A stretch of DNA of 64,000 nucleotides from Candidatus Uhrbacteria bacterium (GCA_016188475.1 JACPHT010000006.1:68313-132312), one strand, 5' to 3'. Counted from the first letter of the stretch, positions 1 to 10,339 are shown. Notes: a model not told the origin generated them from the letters alone. Numbers and translations are program-made.

Positions 1-1
1 T

Positions 2-1213
2 GTTGATCTGGAAGCAGGTCCAGACATGGTGAGAATTATGACAGTTCACGGCGCAAAAGGATTGGAGTTTCGATATGTTTTTGTTGTAAATCTTGTTGAT
101 CGTAAGTTTCCAACTCAACGCCGCGGTGAAGCGATTCCTCTTCCCGATGAAATTTTGAATAACGAAAAAACACTTGACGAATCGCTGAATCATCTTGAAG
201 AAGAGCGTCGGTTATTTTATGTTGCAATGACCCGAGCAAAAGAAGGTTTGTTTTTTACATCAGCGGAAGATTATGGTGGAGCTCGAAGTAGGAAGTTGTC
301 GAGGTTTTTAGATGAAGTAGGAATTGAAAAAGGTCTGAAAGGACAGAAAGGTCGGGAAGGTCAAGAGATCATCGAATTTTTTGATGATGATCAAGAGGTA
401 ATAGACAAAACAGAATTGCAATCATACACTCCAAAACGATTTTCGTTCACACAACTTGCGGCTTTTCAAACTTGTCCATTGCAATATAAGTTCGCGCATA
501 TTCTTCGGGTTCCAGTTCTTGGAAAATGGACATTTTCGTTTGGTAAAACAATGCACAATACATTGCATCGATATTTTTTAGCTTGGATGGAACGATCTGG
601 TCAGCGACAAACAACACTTTTTGCAAAAGAAAATCGAGACGCATCAAAAGACGGTTTACCAGTCGGGATTGATGAACTTTTTGAAATGTACAATTCTTGT
701 TGGCAAGATGATTGGTATCCAAACGATCAAACGAGAGAAAAGTATCGTAAAAATGGAAAGGATCAACTTGTTTCTTACGTTTCATTTTTAAAAGAAAATC
801 CTCCAGAGCCGATTGCCCTTGAACAAGGTTATACATATAAAATCGGTGACATTGTTTTGAAAGGTCGTATGGATCGAATCGATCGTTTTGAGGACGGCGT
901 TGAAATTATTGATTACAAAACTGGAAGTCCTAAAATAGAAAAAAAACTTGATCGCTTTGACAAAGAACAATTATGGTTGTATCAGCTTGCCGCGCGCGAT
1001 GTTCTTGGCTTAAACGTGAAAAAACTTTCGTTCGTATATTTGGAAAACAATTCCGTTGTTTCTTTTCTTGGAACAGATGATGATCTTTTGAAATTGCAAG
1101 AAGATATAGTCGATCGAGTAGCGCGAATCCGTGAAAGTCATTTTCCTCCAACTCCGGGATTTCATTGCCAGTATTGTGATTTTGCTGACATCTGTGAGTT
1201 TCGACAGATTTAG
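2..1213 (+). CDS. UvrD/PcrA-type helicase C-terminus fused to a PD-(D/E)XK nuclease with Fe-S cysteines (AdnAB/AddAB-like); 5' part lies outside the window
   Basis: Helicase motifs MTVHGAKGLEF and EERRLFYVAMTRA; nuclease motifs GRMDRID and IIDYKTG; CP near the nuclease start plus C-terminal CxxCxxxxxC; frame is open from the window edge. Confidence 0.9.
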   Translation, partial: VDLEAGPDMVRIMTVHGAKGLEFRYVFVVNLVDRKFPTQRRGEAIPLPDEILNNEKTLDESLNHLEEERRLFYVAMTRAKEGLFFTSAEDYGGARSRKLSRFLDEVGIEKGLKGQKGREGQEIIEFFDDDQEVIDKTELQSYTPKRFSFTQLAAFQTCPLQYKFAHILRVPVLGKWTFSFGKTMHNTLHRYFLAWMERSGQRQTTLFAKENRDASKDGLPVGIDELFEMYNSCWQDDWYPNDQTREKYRKNGKDQLVSYVSFLKENPPEPIALEQGYTYKIGDIVLKGRMDRIDRFEDGVEIIDYKTGSPKIEKKLDRFDKEQLWLYQLAARDVLGLNVKKLSFVYLENNSVVSFLGTDDDLLKLQEDIVDRVARIRESHFPPTPGFHCQYCDFADICEFRQI

Positions 1214-1228
1214 GATAGAATATCCAAT

Positions 1229-1549
1229 ATGTCCCTTACTCCAATACGCGATTTGCTTACAACAGCGCTTAAACGAGCAAATGTTTCAACACAGGTGAAC
1301 GCAACACAAGTTGTAACAAAAGCAAACGAAGAGATCGCGAGAATACTGCCTCAAGAACAAAATTCCGACGCTCGCGCAGTTTCCTTGAAGGATAATATAT
1401 TAACGATCGAAAGTTGTCACTCATCAACCGCCCAATTCGTATCAGAATTTGAACAACAGATTTTAAACGAGATAAAAAAAAAATTTCCCGAACAAAAAAT
1501 TATAAGAGTCAGATATCGAATAAGTAAAACATCAAATATCGCATTATGA
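1229..1549 (+). CDS. DciA/DUF721-family protein
   Basis: 106 aa; AVSLKDNILTIEC...QILNEI pattern typical of DUF721. Confidence 0.65.
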   Translation: MSLTPIRDLLTTALKRANVSTQVNATQVVTKANEEIARILPQEQNSDARAVSLKDNILTIESCHSSTAQFVSEFEQQILNEIKKKFPEQKIIRVRYRISKTSNIAL

Positions 1550-1929
1550 CATTGCGTTGGTTTTTGACAATAATGACATTGTCAACTGTTGCGGCCTGGA
1601 TAGGTTGGGTCTTTGTGCTTAATACAACCGATCCGATAACAACGGGTTTAGTCGGATATTTACTTTTTTATTTGACCCTTGCAATTGCATTTTCTGGTAC
1701 AACAGCTTTATTTGGAACTTTAATTCGAATTTGGTTTCATCCTGATGGTATTCCTTATCGTCAGACAGTTCGTGCGCTGAGACAGAGCGTTATTTTTACA
1801 GGACTTTTCGTTAGCGCAATGATACTTCTTTCGTTTGATATAATGCGATGGTGGTCAGCCATTCTGCTTGTTGTGTTGTTTTCTTTGATTGAGCTATTAT
1901 TTTCAGCTCATAACAATCAATCCTTTTGA
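1546..1929 (+). CDS. Hypothetical four-TM membrane protein
   Basis: Four hydrophobic segments; ATGA overlap with the upstream gene. Confidence 0.75.
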   Translation: MTLRWFLTIMTLSTVAAWIGWVFVLNTTDPITTGLVGYLLFYLTLAIAFSGTTALFGTLIRIWFHPDGIPYRQTVRALRQSVIFTGLFVSAMILLSFDIMRWWSAILLVVLFSLIELLFSAHNNQSF

Positions 1930-1995
1930 ACACTAAATATATTCAACAGTGGGCTTGCTGTTGTTTTTGTTGTCGAGTAAACTTCTTGTAGTAAT

Positions 1996-3048
1996 ATGTT
2001 TAACAAGTTTTTCGGACGTTTCTCAAAAGATCTGGGTATTGACCTTGGCACGTCAAATACACTCGTCTACTCAAAAGACGGCGGCATTGTTGTAAATGAA
2101 CCGTCGATTGTAGCTGTCAACACTAGGACAAACCAAATTTTAGCTGTTGGAAAAGACGCAAAAGACATGCTGGGAAAAAATCCTCCTCACATTGAAATGA
2201 CAAAACCACTTACAAAAGGAGTTATTTCAGATTTTGAGGTCACTGAAAAAATGCTTAAGTATTTCATTGATAGAGTGCATTCTGAATCTTTTACAATAGT
2301 TCCTCGACCGCGTGTTGTTATAGGTGTTCCTCTTGAAACAACAGAAGTTGAGCGTAAAGCAATTGAAGATGCCGCGCTTTCCGCTGGTGCGCGTCAGGTT
2401 TTTCTTGTTGAAAATCCCATGCTCGCGGCTCTTGGGGCAAGACTTCCGCTTTCTGAATCTGTTGGAATGATGGTTGTTGATCTTGGAGGTGGCACAACCG
2501 AAATCGCGGTTATGTCGCTTGCAGGAATTGTGACCTGGAAATCTCTTCCGATTGCAGGTGACGAGTTGAACAAAAACATTATTCAATATGCGCGCGATGT
2601 TTTCAATCTTCTGCTTGGCGAACGTGTTTCTGAAAAAATCAAAATGAGAATAGGAACAGCAATCGAACAAGACGAACCTCTTGAAATGGAAATGAGAGGA
2701 AGGGATTTATTGACCGGCCTTCCAAAAGAAATCATAGTTAACGACACACAAATTCGTGAAGCATTGGAACGATCGATCAGAACAATTGTTGATAATGTTA
2801 AAGCCGTGCTTGAAACGACACCTCCTGAACTTGTTGCTGATATTTATGAGCGCGGAATTGTTCTAACAGGCGGAGGCGCATTGCTTCGCGGTTTGGATAA
2901 ACTTATTTCTCGTCAAGCCGCGATTCCTGTTCGAATCGCTGATGATCCGCTAACATCAGTGGTTCGTGGAGCTGGTTTTCTCCTTGACCAAGAGGATTTA
3001 CTCAAAGATATATCGCTTCCATCAGCCACCGAAGGTAACATTTTGTAG
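1996..3048 (+). CDS. mreB: Rod shape-determining protein MreB
   Basis: GIDLGTSNT, VDLGGGTTE, LTGGGALL, PVRIADDPL. Confidence 0.97.
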   Translation: MFNKFFGRFSKDLGIDLGTSNTLVYSKDGGIVVNEPSIVAVNTRTNQILAVGKDAKDMLGKNPPHIEMTKPLTKGVISDFEVTEKMLKYFIDRVHSESFTIVPRPRVVIGVPLETTEVERKAIEDAALSAGARQVFLVENPMLAALGARLPLSESVGMMVVDLGGGTTEIAVMSLAGIVTWKSLPIAGDELNKNIIQYARDVFNLLLGERVSEKIKMRIGTAIEQDEPLEMEMRGRDLLTGLPKEIIVNDTQIREALERSIRTIVDNVKAVLETTPPELVADIYERGIVLTGGGALLRGLDKLISRQAAIPVRIADDPLTSVVRGAGFLLDQEDLLKDISLPSATEGNIL

Positions 3049-3053
3049 TTTAT

Positions 3054-3797
3054 ATGAAACGTCGCGCTCGTTTATCATTAATTGTTTTAATAATTGTTTT
3101 TTTGCTCATTTTTGCAAGAGGTTGGTTTGAGCGCGGAATCCAAATTGTGCAAAGGCCATTGGCGCGAGCAGGAACTTGGTTTTATAAACAGCCGAATTTT
3201 TTAGAAGTTGAAGATAAATTTGTCTCACTCGCGATTGATAAAGCAAAATATGAACAGCTGGTTCGAGAGAATCAGGAATTAAAAGACGCTTTGAATTATA
3301 TCGAGCGGTCGGATTTATCGTCTGTAATAGCAACGGTTATTGCTAGATCAAATACAGTACAGACTTCGACATTTTCAATTGATCGCGGAGATCAGGATGG
3401 AATAAAAGTCGGTGATCCTGTAATTATTAAAGACGGGGTTCTTGTCGGAAAAATTATTTCTGTTACGCAAAAAAGTTCAACTGTAAGAACTTTAGCTGAC
3501 CCTTCTGTTGCGACAGCGGTTAGTTTGTTAAACCAGTCTCAAACAATCGGCGTTGCAGAAGGAATGACAGGAAATTTGCTGAAATTGAAATTTATTCCTC
3601 AGGAAACAAAAATTGATATTAATAATTTGGTTGTGACTTCGGGGCTTGAACCGCGTATACCGGCCGGATTACTTGTCGGAATTATTAATGACGTCCGACC
3701 TGAACAAAACGCTCCGTTTCTGGAAGCAATCATTGAACCGCTCGTAGATTCTCGTTTGCATACTTTGGTGAATATACTTATTCAGAAACAAATATGA
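3054..3797 (+). CDS. mreC: Rod shape-determining protein MreC
   Basis: N-terminal TM, coiled coil, IDRGDQDGIKVG and VVTSGL motifs; follows mreB. Confidence 0.93.
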   Translation: MKRRARLSLIVLIIVFLLIFARGWFERGIQIVQRPLARAGTWFYKQPNFLEVEDKFVSLAIDKAKYEQLVRENQELKDALNYIERSDLSSVIATVIARSNTVQTSTFSIDRGDQDGIKVGDPVIIKDGVLVGKIISVTQKSSTVRTLADPSVATAVSLLNQSQTIGVAEGMTGNLLKLKFIPQETKIDINNLVVTSGLEPRIPAGLLVGIINDVRPEQNAPFLEAIIEPLVDSRLHTLVNILIQKQI

Positions 3798-4297
3798 TGC
3801 GAGTCGCAGTCTCAACAATTTTATTTCTTATTGTATTTCTTATTGAAATAAGTTTTATAAGTTCACTTCCTTCGGTTTTTTCAACGATCCCTCTTATTTT
3901 TGCGCTAAGTGTTTATTTGATTCAGCATCAAGGAGTCACTGATGGAATCGTGTGGATGATCGGTTATGGTTTTTTAATAGATTTGATGCATTTAAGCAGC
4001 ACTCGATTCTCAACAATACCTGCGATAGCGGCATCAATAGTTGCCGCAATTTCAGCAAAGCATCTTTTTTCAAACCGATCTTTTTACGGAGTTATTGCTT
4101 GCGCTGTAAGCAGTTATTTGACATACATTATTTTTGAGATTTTTTTGACACGAGCTGAATGGTCAATATTTTTTCAAACTCATGCTGAAAGACTCGGAAT
4201 GTTGATAGTTGTCGTAGTAATATTCTTTTCGCTCGCGCCTAGCATAAGAAGAATAGTTCAAGTGATGTTTATATCATCACATAAACGATTATATTAA
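3794..4297 (+). CDS. mreD: MreD-like membrane protein
   Basis: Hydrophobic 167 aa with GFLIDL; lies between mreC and mrdA. Confidence 0.7.
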   Translation: MMRVAVSTILFLIVFLIEISFISSLPSVFSTIPLIFALSVYLIQHQGVTDGIVWMIGYGFLIDLMHLSSTRFSTIPAIAASIVAAISAKHLFSNRSFYGVIACAVSSYLTYIIFEIFLTRAEWSIFFQTHAERLGMLIVVVVIFFSLAPSIRRIVQVMFISSHKRLY

Positions 4298-6202
4298 ATG
4301 TCAAATCAAATACCTCATTCTAGATTGTTCGTTTTGCAGGAAAACGGACCGATTGGAAAACTCACAGAAAGAAGTGGTGTTGCTGTTTTTGAACAACTTC
4401 CAAATACAAGGTGTATAGGATCGGTGATCACTTTGGGTCGTTTGCGTTTTTCACTTATTATTTTTTTCACACTGTTATTTATTTTTTTTGTTCGTTCGGT
4501 CCAACTTCAAATTTTTCAAGGAAATCATTTCCGCGCTCTTGCTGAATCGAATAAATATAGAACCGAACGTCTTGTTCCACAACGAGGTTTGATTTTTGAT
4601 AGAAATGGAATCGTGCTTGCACAGAACATTCCATCTTTTGTCTTAACAATGACAATAGCGGATTTGCCAAAGAACGAACAAAAGCGTTATGAGTTATTTG
4701 ATATTGTAAGCAAATTGGCCGGTGTTCAACCAACAGACTTGGATTTACTCATGACTCAATATGCGAAAAATCAAACCGAAGCGATCCCAGTTAAGAGAAA
4801 CATAAATTTTGAAAGAGCAATGAATCTTGAAATCGAAATCAAAAATCTTCAAGGATTTAATTTACAAACTTCAACTTTAAGAATGTATCCGCAGACGATC
4901 CCTTCACTTTCACATATTCTTGGATACACAGGGAAAATTACCGAAGATGATCTTTCTGTTTTAAAAGATCAAGGATATAAACCAATTGATGTTATTGGAA
5001 AAACAGGCGTTGAACGCGTAGATGAAAGCTTGTTACGAGGTCAGCCTGGCGAGGTCGTGACCGAAGTTGACGCAAGAGGAAAAGAATTGACAGTTGTGTC
5101 ACGTACTAATCCTGTTGTCGGAGCTAATCTGACTCTTACAATAGACTCTGAATTTCAAAAGTTTATTGAAACGCGACTTGAAAAAACAATGCAATCCGTT
5201 GGTTCAACAAAAGGTTCGGTCGTTGTGCTGAATCCAAAAAACGGAGAAGTTTACGCGCTCGTGAGCTTGCCGACTTTTGATAACAATCTTTTCGCGCAGG
5301 GAATCGAAGAAGATACATATAAAAAATTAGCTGACGATAAAGATCAACCTTTATTTTTTCGAGCGATTGCGGGTGAATTTCCATCAGGCTCCACATTCAA
5401 ACCGTTTGTTGCCTACGCCGCGCTTGTTGAAAAAATTATTAACGAAAATACGTCGTTTCTTTCAACAGGCGGAATTAGAATTAACGAATGGTTTTTTCCT
5501 GATTGGAAAGCCGGTGGGCACGGGATTACAAATGTTAGAAAAGCGCTTGCTGAATCAGTGAATACATTTTTTTACATTATTGGCGGCGGGCTTGATCAAA
5601 TCAATGGTTTAGGTGTTGAACGGATAACTGATTACGCAAGACGTTTTGGATTTGGTAAACCAACAGGGATTGATCTGCCGTCAGAAGCCGATGGATTTTT
5701 GCCTTCGAAGGAATGGAAAGAAGAAGTCAAAGGAGAACGTTGGTATGTCGGCGACACGTATCATCTTGCGATTGGACAAGGAGATTTATTAACAACGCCG
5801 CTTCAGATGGCGCACGCGACCGGAATTATAGCGAACAAAGGTGTGGATGTTTTACCACATGTCGTAAATAAAATAAACGATGTTGAAAAAGATATATCAT
5901 CTCAAACACTCGACTCGCTTGATTCGTATGCTCTTTCTGTTGTGAGACAGGGAATGCGACAAACTGTGACACAGGGAAGTGCGCGTTCGTTGTCTGTATT
6001 ACCGGTTTCTGTTGCTGGAAAAACTGGAACAGCCCAAGCTCCAGGACATGAGAAATATCATTCATGGTTCACGGGTTTTGCTCCGTACGAGGATTCGGAA
6101 ATCGCCTTAGCAATCATTGTTGAAGACGGTGGAGAGAGCACTGACGCCGCAGTCCCTCTTGCAAAGGAAATAATCTATTGGTGGTTGACAAATCGCAGAT
6201 GA
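4298..6202 (+). CDS. mrdA: Penicillin-binding protein 2
   Basis: RGLIFDRNG, SxxK (STFK), SxN (SVN), KTG (GKTGTAQ). Confidence 0.95.
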   Translation: MSNQIPHSRLFVLQENGPIGKLTERSGVAVFEQLPNTRCIGSVITLGRLRFSLIIFFTLLFIFFVRSVQLQIFQGNHFRALAESNKYRTERLVPQRGLIFDRNGIVLAQNIPSFVLTMTIADLPKNEQKRYELFDIVSKLAGVQPTDLDLLMTQYAKNQTEAIPVKRNINFERAMNLEIEIKNLQGFNLQTSTLRMYPQTIPSLSHILGYTGKITEDDLSVLKDQGYKPIDVIGKTGVERVDESLLRGQPGEVVTEVDARGKELTVVSRTNPVVGANLTLTIDSEFQKFIETRLEKTMQSVGSTKGSVVVLNPKNGEVYALVSLPTFDNNLFAQGIEEDTYKKLADDKDQPLFFRAIAGEFPSGSTFKPFVAYAALVEKIINENTSFLSTGGIRINEWFFPDWKAGGHGITNVRKALAESVNTFFYIIGGGLDQINGLGVERITDYARRFGFGKPTGIDLPSEADGFLPSKEWKEEVKGERWYVGDTYHLAIGQGDLLTTPLQMAHATGIIANKGVDVLPHVVNKINDVEKDISSQTLDSLDSYALSVVRQGMRQTVTQGSARSLSVLPVSVAGKTGTAQAPGHEKYHSWFTGFAPYEDSEIALAIIVEDGGESTDAAVPLAKEIIYWWLTNRR

Positions 6203-6213
6203 TATTGTAAAAT
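6185..6213 (+). promoter_or_regulatory. Sigma70-type promoter of the orphan gene at 6254
   Basis: TTGACA-17 bp-TAAAAT, followed by GGAGGA SD at about 6240. Confidence 0.7.
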
Positions 6214-6253
6214 TCTGTTTCTCGATTTTCGAGAAATATGGAGGAATGGAACC

Positions 6254-6487
6254 ATGTCATCTAGGCTTTCGATGGCTGGAATTAGCAAACTCTTCGAACT
6301 TTTGTCGAAGTCGTATCGTCCGCCTCAAGTCCTGAAACTTATCGATGAAATAAATGCGGCAACACGTGTCGCATTAGTAAGAAATTCTGCCGGTATGTTA
6401 GTCGGAACTGAAATCCAAAGAATCGAAAAGATGAAACAAGAATTGGAGTGTCTTTATATGGCCTGGGTGCAGGGCGAGATCGAATAA
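6254..6487 (+). CDS. Small hypothetical protein (77 aa)
   Basis: Has its own promoter, GGAGGA SD and a downstream hairpin plus T-tract. Confidence 0.7.
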   Translation: MSSRLSMAGISKLFELLSKSYRPPQVLKLIDEINAATRVALVRNSAGMLVGTEIQRIEKMKQELECLYMAWVQGEIE

Positions 6488-6529
6488 CTGCTCGTGAGAT
6501 ATCTACTCGCGAGTTTTTTTGATAAATTA

Positions 6530-7333
6530 TTATTTGTTTGAAAAAATAAACGAAATAAGAAATATAAACGCGCCGACAAGAACGATTGTGGCGCCTGAAG
6601 GAAGATCATAAAAAAATGAAAGTGCCAAACCGAACACAATAATTATCTCTGAAAATAGAACTGCGAGAATCATGTGCGCACGAAAACTTTTTGCGTGCAG
6701 ACGGCTAATCGCTGGTGGAATAATAATAAGAGCTGAAACAAGAATTATTCCCAAAATTTTTACCCCTAGAACAGTTGCAATTGAAAGCGCAACATATAAA
6801 ACAGCCGTTTGAAAACGAACGGGAATTCCACTAACGATCGCTTGTTCTTCTGATAAAGATAAAAAAGTAAGTTGACGCCGTGAAGCAATGAGCCAAGTTA
6901 GAATTAAAATTGTTAAAATTGCTATTATCCACAAATCAATGACTGAAACGGAAAGTATACTTCCAAATAAAAAAGAAAGAAGTTCTGGCTGATAACCTGA
7001 AGTGAAATTCATCAAAATAACTCCAAGTGCCATTGCTGAAGTAAAAAAAATGCCAATCACTGTATCGATCGGAAGTTTTGTTTTTTGTTCGAGTATAAAA
7101 ATTAAAAGAGCAAGGAGGATTGCCCAAACTATGGCAACCGGTAACGGGCTAAATCCTGTAAGAATTGCAATTGCAATTCCCGCAAGTGAAGCATGGGCGA
7201 TTCCTTCACCAAAAAAAGCCATTTTTCGAAGTGTTACAAAAATTCCCAATCCTGCCAAAAGAATTCCAAGAAACATTCCAGCAATCAACGCGCGTTGCAT
7301 GAACGGATATTGTAAAAATTGAAACAAGTCCAT
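6530..7333 (-). CDS. znuB: Zn/Mn ABC transporter permease
   Basis: MQRALIAG, GEGIAHASLAG, LLSFLFGSIL, DLPSGATIV. Confidence 0.93.
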   Translation of the reverse strand: MDLFQFLQYPFMQRALIAGMFLGILLAGLGIFVTLRKMAFFGEGIAHASLAGIAIAILTGFSPLPVAIVWAILLALLIFILEQKTKLPIDTVIGIFFTSAMALGVILMNFTSGYQPELLSFLFGSILSVSVIDLWIIAILTILILTWLIASRRQLTFLSLSEEQAIVSGIPVRFQTAVLYVALSIATVLGVKILGIILVSALIIIPPAISRLHAKSFRAHMILAVLFSEIIIVFGLALSFFYDLPSGATIVLVGAFIFLISFIFSNK

Positions 7334-7335
7334 AT

Positions 7336-8043
7336 TTAGTAATGCCTATGGTGAAAATAAAGTGACGTGTCCGTTTTGCCGTAAAGCTCTGAAAGTTTTT
7401 CTTGCGTTAGCGCTTGCTTTGGAGGACCAAAACAAACCAATTTTTTGTTTACACAAATTACTTGATCAACAACATTTGAAATAACCGCGATATCGTGCGA
7501 AACAAGAACGACTGTTGTTCCATGCTGATCTCGTTGTTCTTTTAGAAGATCATAAAATTGTTCCTCGCCAACTATGTCAATTCCTGTTGAAGGTTCGTCC
7601 AAAATAAGAAGAGACGGATGATGAATAGTTGCTTGTGCAATAAGAACTCGTTGCAGTTGTCCGCCGGAAAGCGACCCAAGAGGTTTATGAAGAATTGATG
7701 CTTCAAGACCAACCTCTTTTAATTTATGCGCATGTTCATGTTTGTGAACGTGAGGCTTTGGCAAATCAAGATATTCGCGCACTGTGATAGGGAAGTTGGG
7801 ATCGAAACGGAATCTTTGAGGAACATATCCGACATGCGAGCGAACATGAGACGGAGGTTCGTTGTCAATCAAAACTTCGCCATCAGACGGTATCAAACCC
7901 AACACCGCTCGAATGAGTGTTGTTTTTCCAGAACCGTTTGGACCGATGATCGCAGCAATTTCGCCGTGGTTTACATCAAACGAAACATGAGACAAAATAG
8001 TTTGATTGCCAAAAACGACCGATAGATTTTTCACTTGAATCAT
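7336..8043 (-). CDS. znuC: Zn/Mn ABC transporter ATPase (start may be 8043 or 8082)
   Basis: GPNGSGKT, LSGGQLQRV, LILDEP; His-rich C-terminus. Confidence 0.93.
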   Translation of the reverse strand: MIQVKNLSVVFGNQTILSHVSFDVNHGEIAAIIGPNGSGKTTLIRAVLGLIPSDGEVLIDNEPPSHVRSHVGYVPQRFRFDPNFPITVREYLDLPKPHVHKHEHAHKLKEVGLEASILHKPLGSLSGGQLQRVLIAQATIHHPSLLILDEPSTGIDIVGEEQFYDLLKEQRDQHGTTVVLVSHDIAVISNVVDQVICVNKKLVCFGPPKQALTQEKLSELYGKTDTSLYFHHRHY

Positions 8044-8053
8044 CGGATGCTGA

Positions 8054-8911
8054 TTATTGATTTTTTGCGATTGTTCGCGCATTTGAAATCATCATGTTTA
8101 TGTATGAAGTAGATTCTGCGCCACCGCCTTCAGGATCGACAGTTGCTACAGAAATATCATGATCTTTGAGAAACGCTTCCATTCCTCGAGTTGAAAATTG
8201 CGGTTCGGCATAAAGTACGCGCACTCCTGTCTCTTTTATTTTTTGTGAAAGTTCTGCGAGATATTGTGGTGTTGGTTCGCGTCCGACAGTCGGTTCGAAC
8301 GTTCCTGCAATGTTCAAGCCGTATTCCTCTGCGAAATAATACCATGCATCGTGAAATGTGATTAGGTCGCGGTTTTTCACGCTTGCCAATTCCGATTTAA
8401 TTTGTTCATCCATTTTTTCAAGTTCTATTTGATAGAGCTTTTGGTTTTGGATTATCGTTTCCGATAATTCAGGGAAAGTCGATTTGAGAGAATCAGCAAC
8501 GGTTTGTGAAATCAGTATTGCGTTTTTGCCAGTTAAAAAATAATGAGGGTCGTCTGGTCGAAGAGCGATTCCATTATCAACAGCCAAAATTTTGCTTGAA
8601 TCATCAACTAAATTTTTAGTCCAATCATCCAGCCCATGACCGATCATAAAAACAGTTTGAGCATTTCCAACTTCGCGCAATATCGTAGGCGTTGGTTCAA
8701 ATGTGTGTGGACTCGCTCCTGGAGGTAAAATCAGGACGACGTTTATTTGATCACCTGCTATGTTTTTTACGATATCGTAAAGAGGGAACAGTGTCGCGGC
8801 AACGGTTGGTTTTTGATCGTTAGTATTTGATGATTCAGGAAATCCAAGAAACAAACCATAAGCGGCAAGGATCAATATAATGGTGATAAACGTAAGTCTA
8901 AAGAGTTTCAT
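8054..8911 (-). CDS. znuA: Zn/Mn ABC transporter substrate-binding protein
   Basis: GASPHTFEP, DPHYFL and FHDAW metal-ligand motifs. Confidence 0.92.
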   Translation of the reverse strand: MKLFRLTFITIILILAAYGLFLGFPESSNTNDQKPTVAATLFPLYDIVKNIAGDQINVVLILPPGASPHTFEPTPTILREVGNAQTVFMIGHGLDDWTKNLVDDSSKILAVDNGIALRPDDPHYFLTGKNAILISQTVADSLKSTFPELSETIIQNQKLYQIELEKMDEQIKSELASVKNRDLITFHDAWYYFAEEYGLNIAGTFEPTVGREPTPQYLAELSQKIKETGVRVLYAEPQFSTRGMEAFLKDHDISVATVDPEGGGAESTSYINMMISNARTIAKNQ

Positions 8912-9120
8912 AAATATTACTGTCTGAGCCTGTCGAAGGCTGTTGATTACTTAAATCAATTACTAACGACATTATGACCGTATTTCCTAAAAAATACCAA
9001 TTCTGTTTGACCTTTCAGTCCTTTCCGACCTTTCTGACTTTTCAGACCTTTGCATTGACACTGTCCACGAAGTATGTTCAAATAAATTCGCTGAAGGCAA
9101 AAGCCTTAGGAGGTACAGTA

Positions 9121-10317
9121 ATGTCGCGAAAATTGCTCCTTGGACTGGATATCGGTTCTTCTTCAATCAAGCTGTGTCAACTCGCAGAGACTGGAACTGG
9201 GCTCAAGCTAGTCAAGTTCGATCAGTGTATGTTGCCACCAAAGGCTATCGTAGATGGTGCTTTGATAGACTACAGGGCAGTCGTGGAAAAGCTTCGTGAA
9301 ACAGCAAGACTGAACAAGTGTGAAGGTGCTCAATGTGCGATCTCGATGTCAGGGCACAATGTTATCGTCAAGCAGATCTCGATTCCAGAGATGACTCAAA
9401 AGGAACTGGAAGAGTCAATGCAGTGGGAAGCGGAGCAGTACATTCCGTTTGACATAAAGGATGTCAACGTTGATGTTCAAATCCTAAATCCCAAAGCAGG
9501 TTATGGACAGATGAAGGTTCTGTTCGTTGTCGCGAAGAAGGACACCATTAATGACTACATTCATGCGGTCCAAGAAGCGGGTCTTCGTCCAGTAGTCGTG
9601 GACATCGACACGCTCGCGGTCCAAAACGCATTCGACTTAAACTACGGCTGTCCTCCAAACGAGGTTGTTGCGCTTATCAATGTTGGTGCGTCATGCATCA
9701 ACATCAATGTGATTTCAAACGGAATTACAACCTTCACGCGTGACATATCGAATGGCGGGTTGCTCATGACAGAAGAGACAATGAAACAGCTCAATGTTTC
9801 GTGGGAAGAGGCTATGCACTACCAAATCGCTGGTGATGACACGGTTTCAGATTCCGGGACAGAACTCTTTCGTGAAGTGAGAAAACTTGAGGAACGCGTT
9901 TCCGAAATTCTTGTAACTGAAATTCAGCGTTCTCTCGATTTCTTCGCTGCAACGACCATCAATGCTGACATCGCACGAATTTACTTGAGCGGCGGTGCTT
10001 CTCAACCTTCAGCTTTCATAAGGGCTCTTGAGCGGCGACTGAAAATTCCTGTTGAGATAATCAATCCGTTCAAGAACATTAGCGTTGACCCGTCCGCTTT
10101 CAACCCCGATCTTCTTCGCACGATGGAACCGATTGCCGCAGTCGCGGTTGGTCTTGCAAGACGTTTCAAGGGCGACACAAGGATCGGTGGAAATGATGTC
10201 AGGATCAATCTCTGCCCATCTGACACGAAGTCTTCAAGATACTCACTCGGCAATCCTTTCAAACTTCCAATCTCTGTCAGGATTCCTTTCACTAAGAGAG
10301 TATTGACTCTCTCGTAA
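9121..10317 (+). CDS. pilM: Type IV pilus assembly protein PilM with a C-terminal extension
   Basis: GLDIGSSSIK, WEAEQYIPFD, EIQRSLDFF, YLSGG, AVAVGLA; AGGAGG SD places the start at 9121. Confidence 0.92.
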   Translation: MSRKLLLGLDIGSSSIKLCQLAETGTGLKLVKFDQCMLPPKAIVDGALIDYRAVVEKLRETARLNKCEGAQCAISMSGHNVIVKQISIPEMTQKELEESMQWEAEQYIPFDIKDVNVDVQILNPKAGYGQMKVLFVVAKKDTINDYIHAVQEAGLRPVVVDIDTLAVQNAFDLNYGCPPNEVVALINVGASCININVISNGITTFTRDISNGGLLMTEETMKQLNVSWEEAMHYQIAGDDTVSDSGTELFREVRKLEERVSEILVTEIQRSLDFFAATTINADIARIYLSGGASQPSAFIRALERRLKIPVEIINPFKNISVDPSAFNPDLLRTMEPIAAVAVGLARRFKGDTRIGGNDVRINLCPSDTKSSRYSLGNPFKLPISVRIPFTKRVLTLS

Positions 10318-10339
10318 CAGCCTATTCTGGCTGTTTTTT
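10316..10339 (+). terminator. Intrinsic terminator after pilM
   Basis: AACAGCC-tattct-GGCTGTT followed by a T-run. Confidence 0.7.

Noticed and set aside
8974-9120. N-terminal extension of the PilM ORF in the track
   Set aside because: It runs through the 9-mer repeat and promoter region; the SD and PilM homology begin at 9121.
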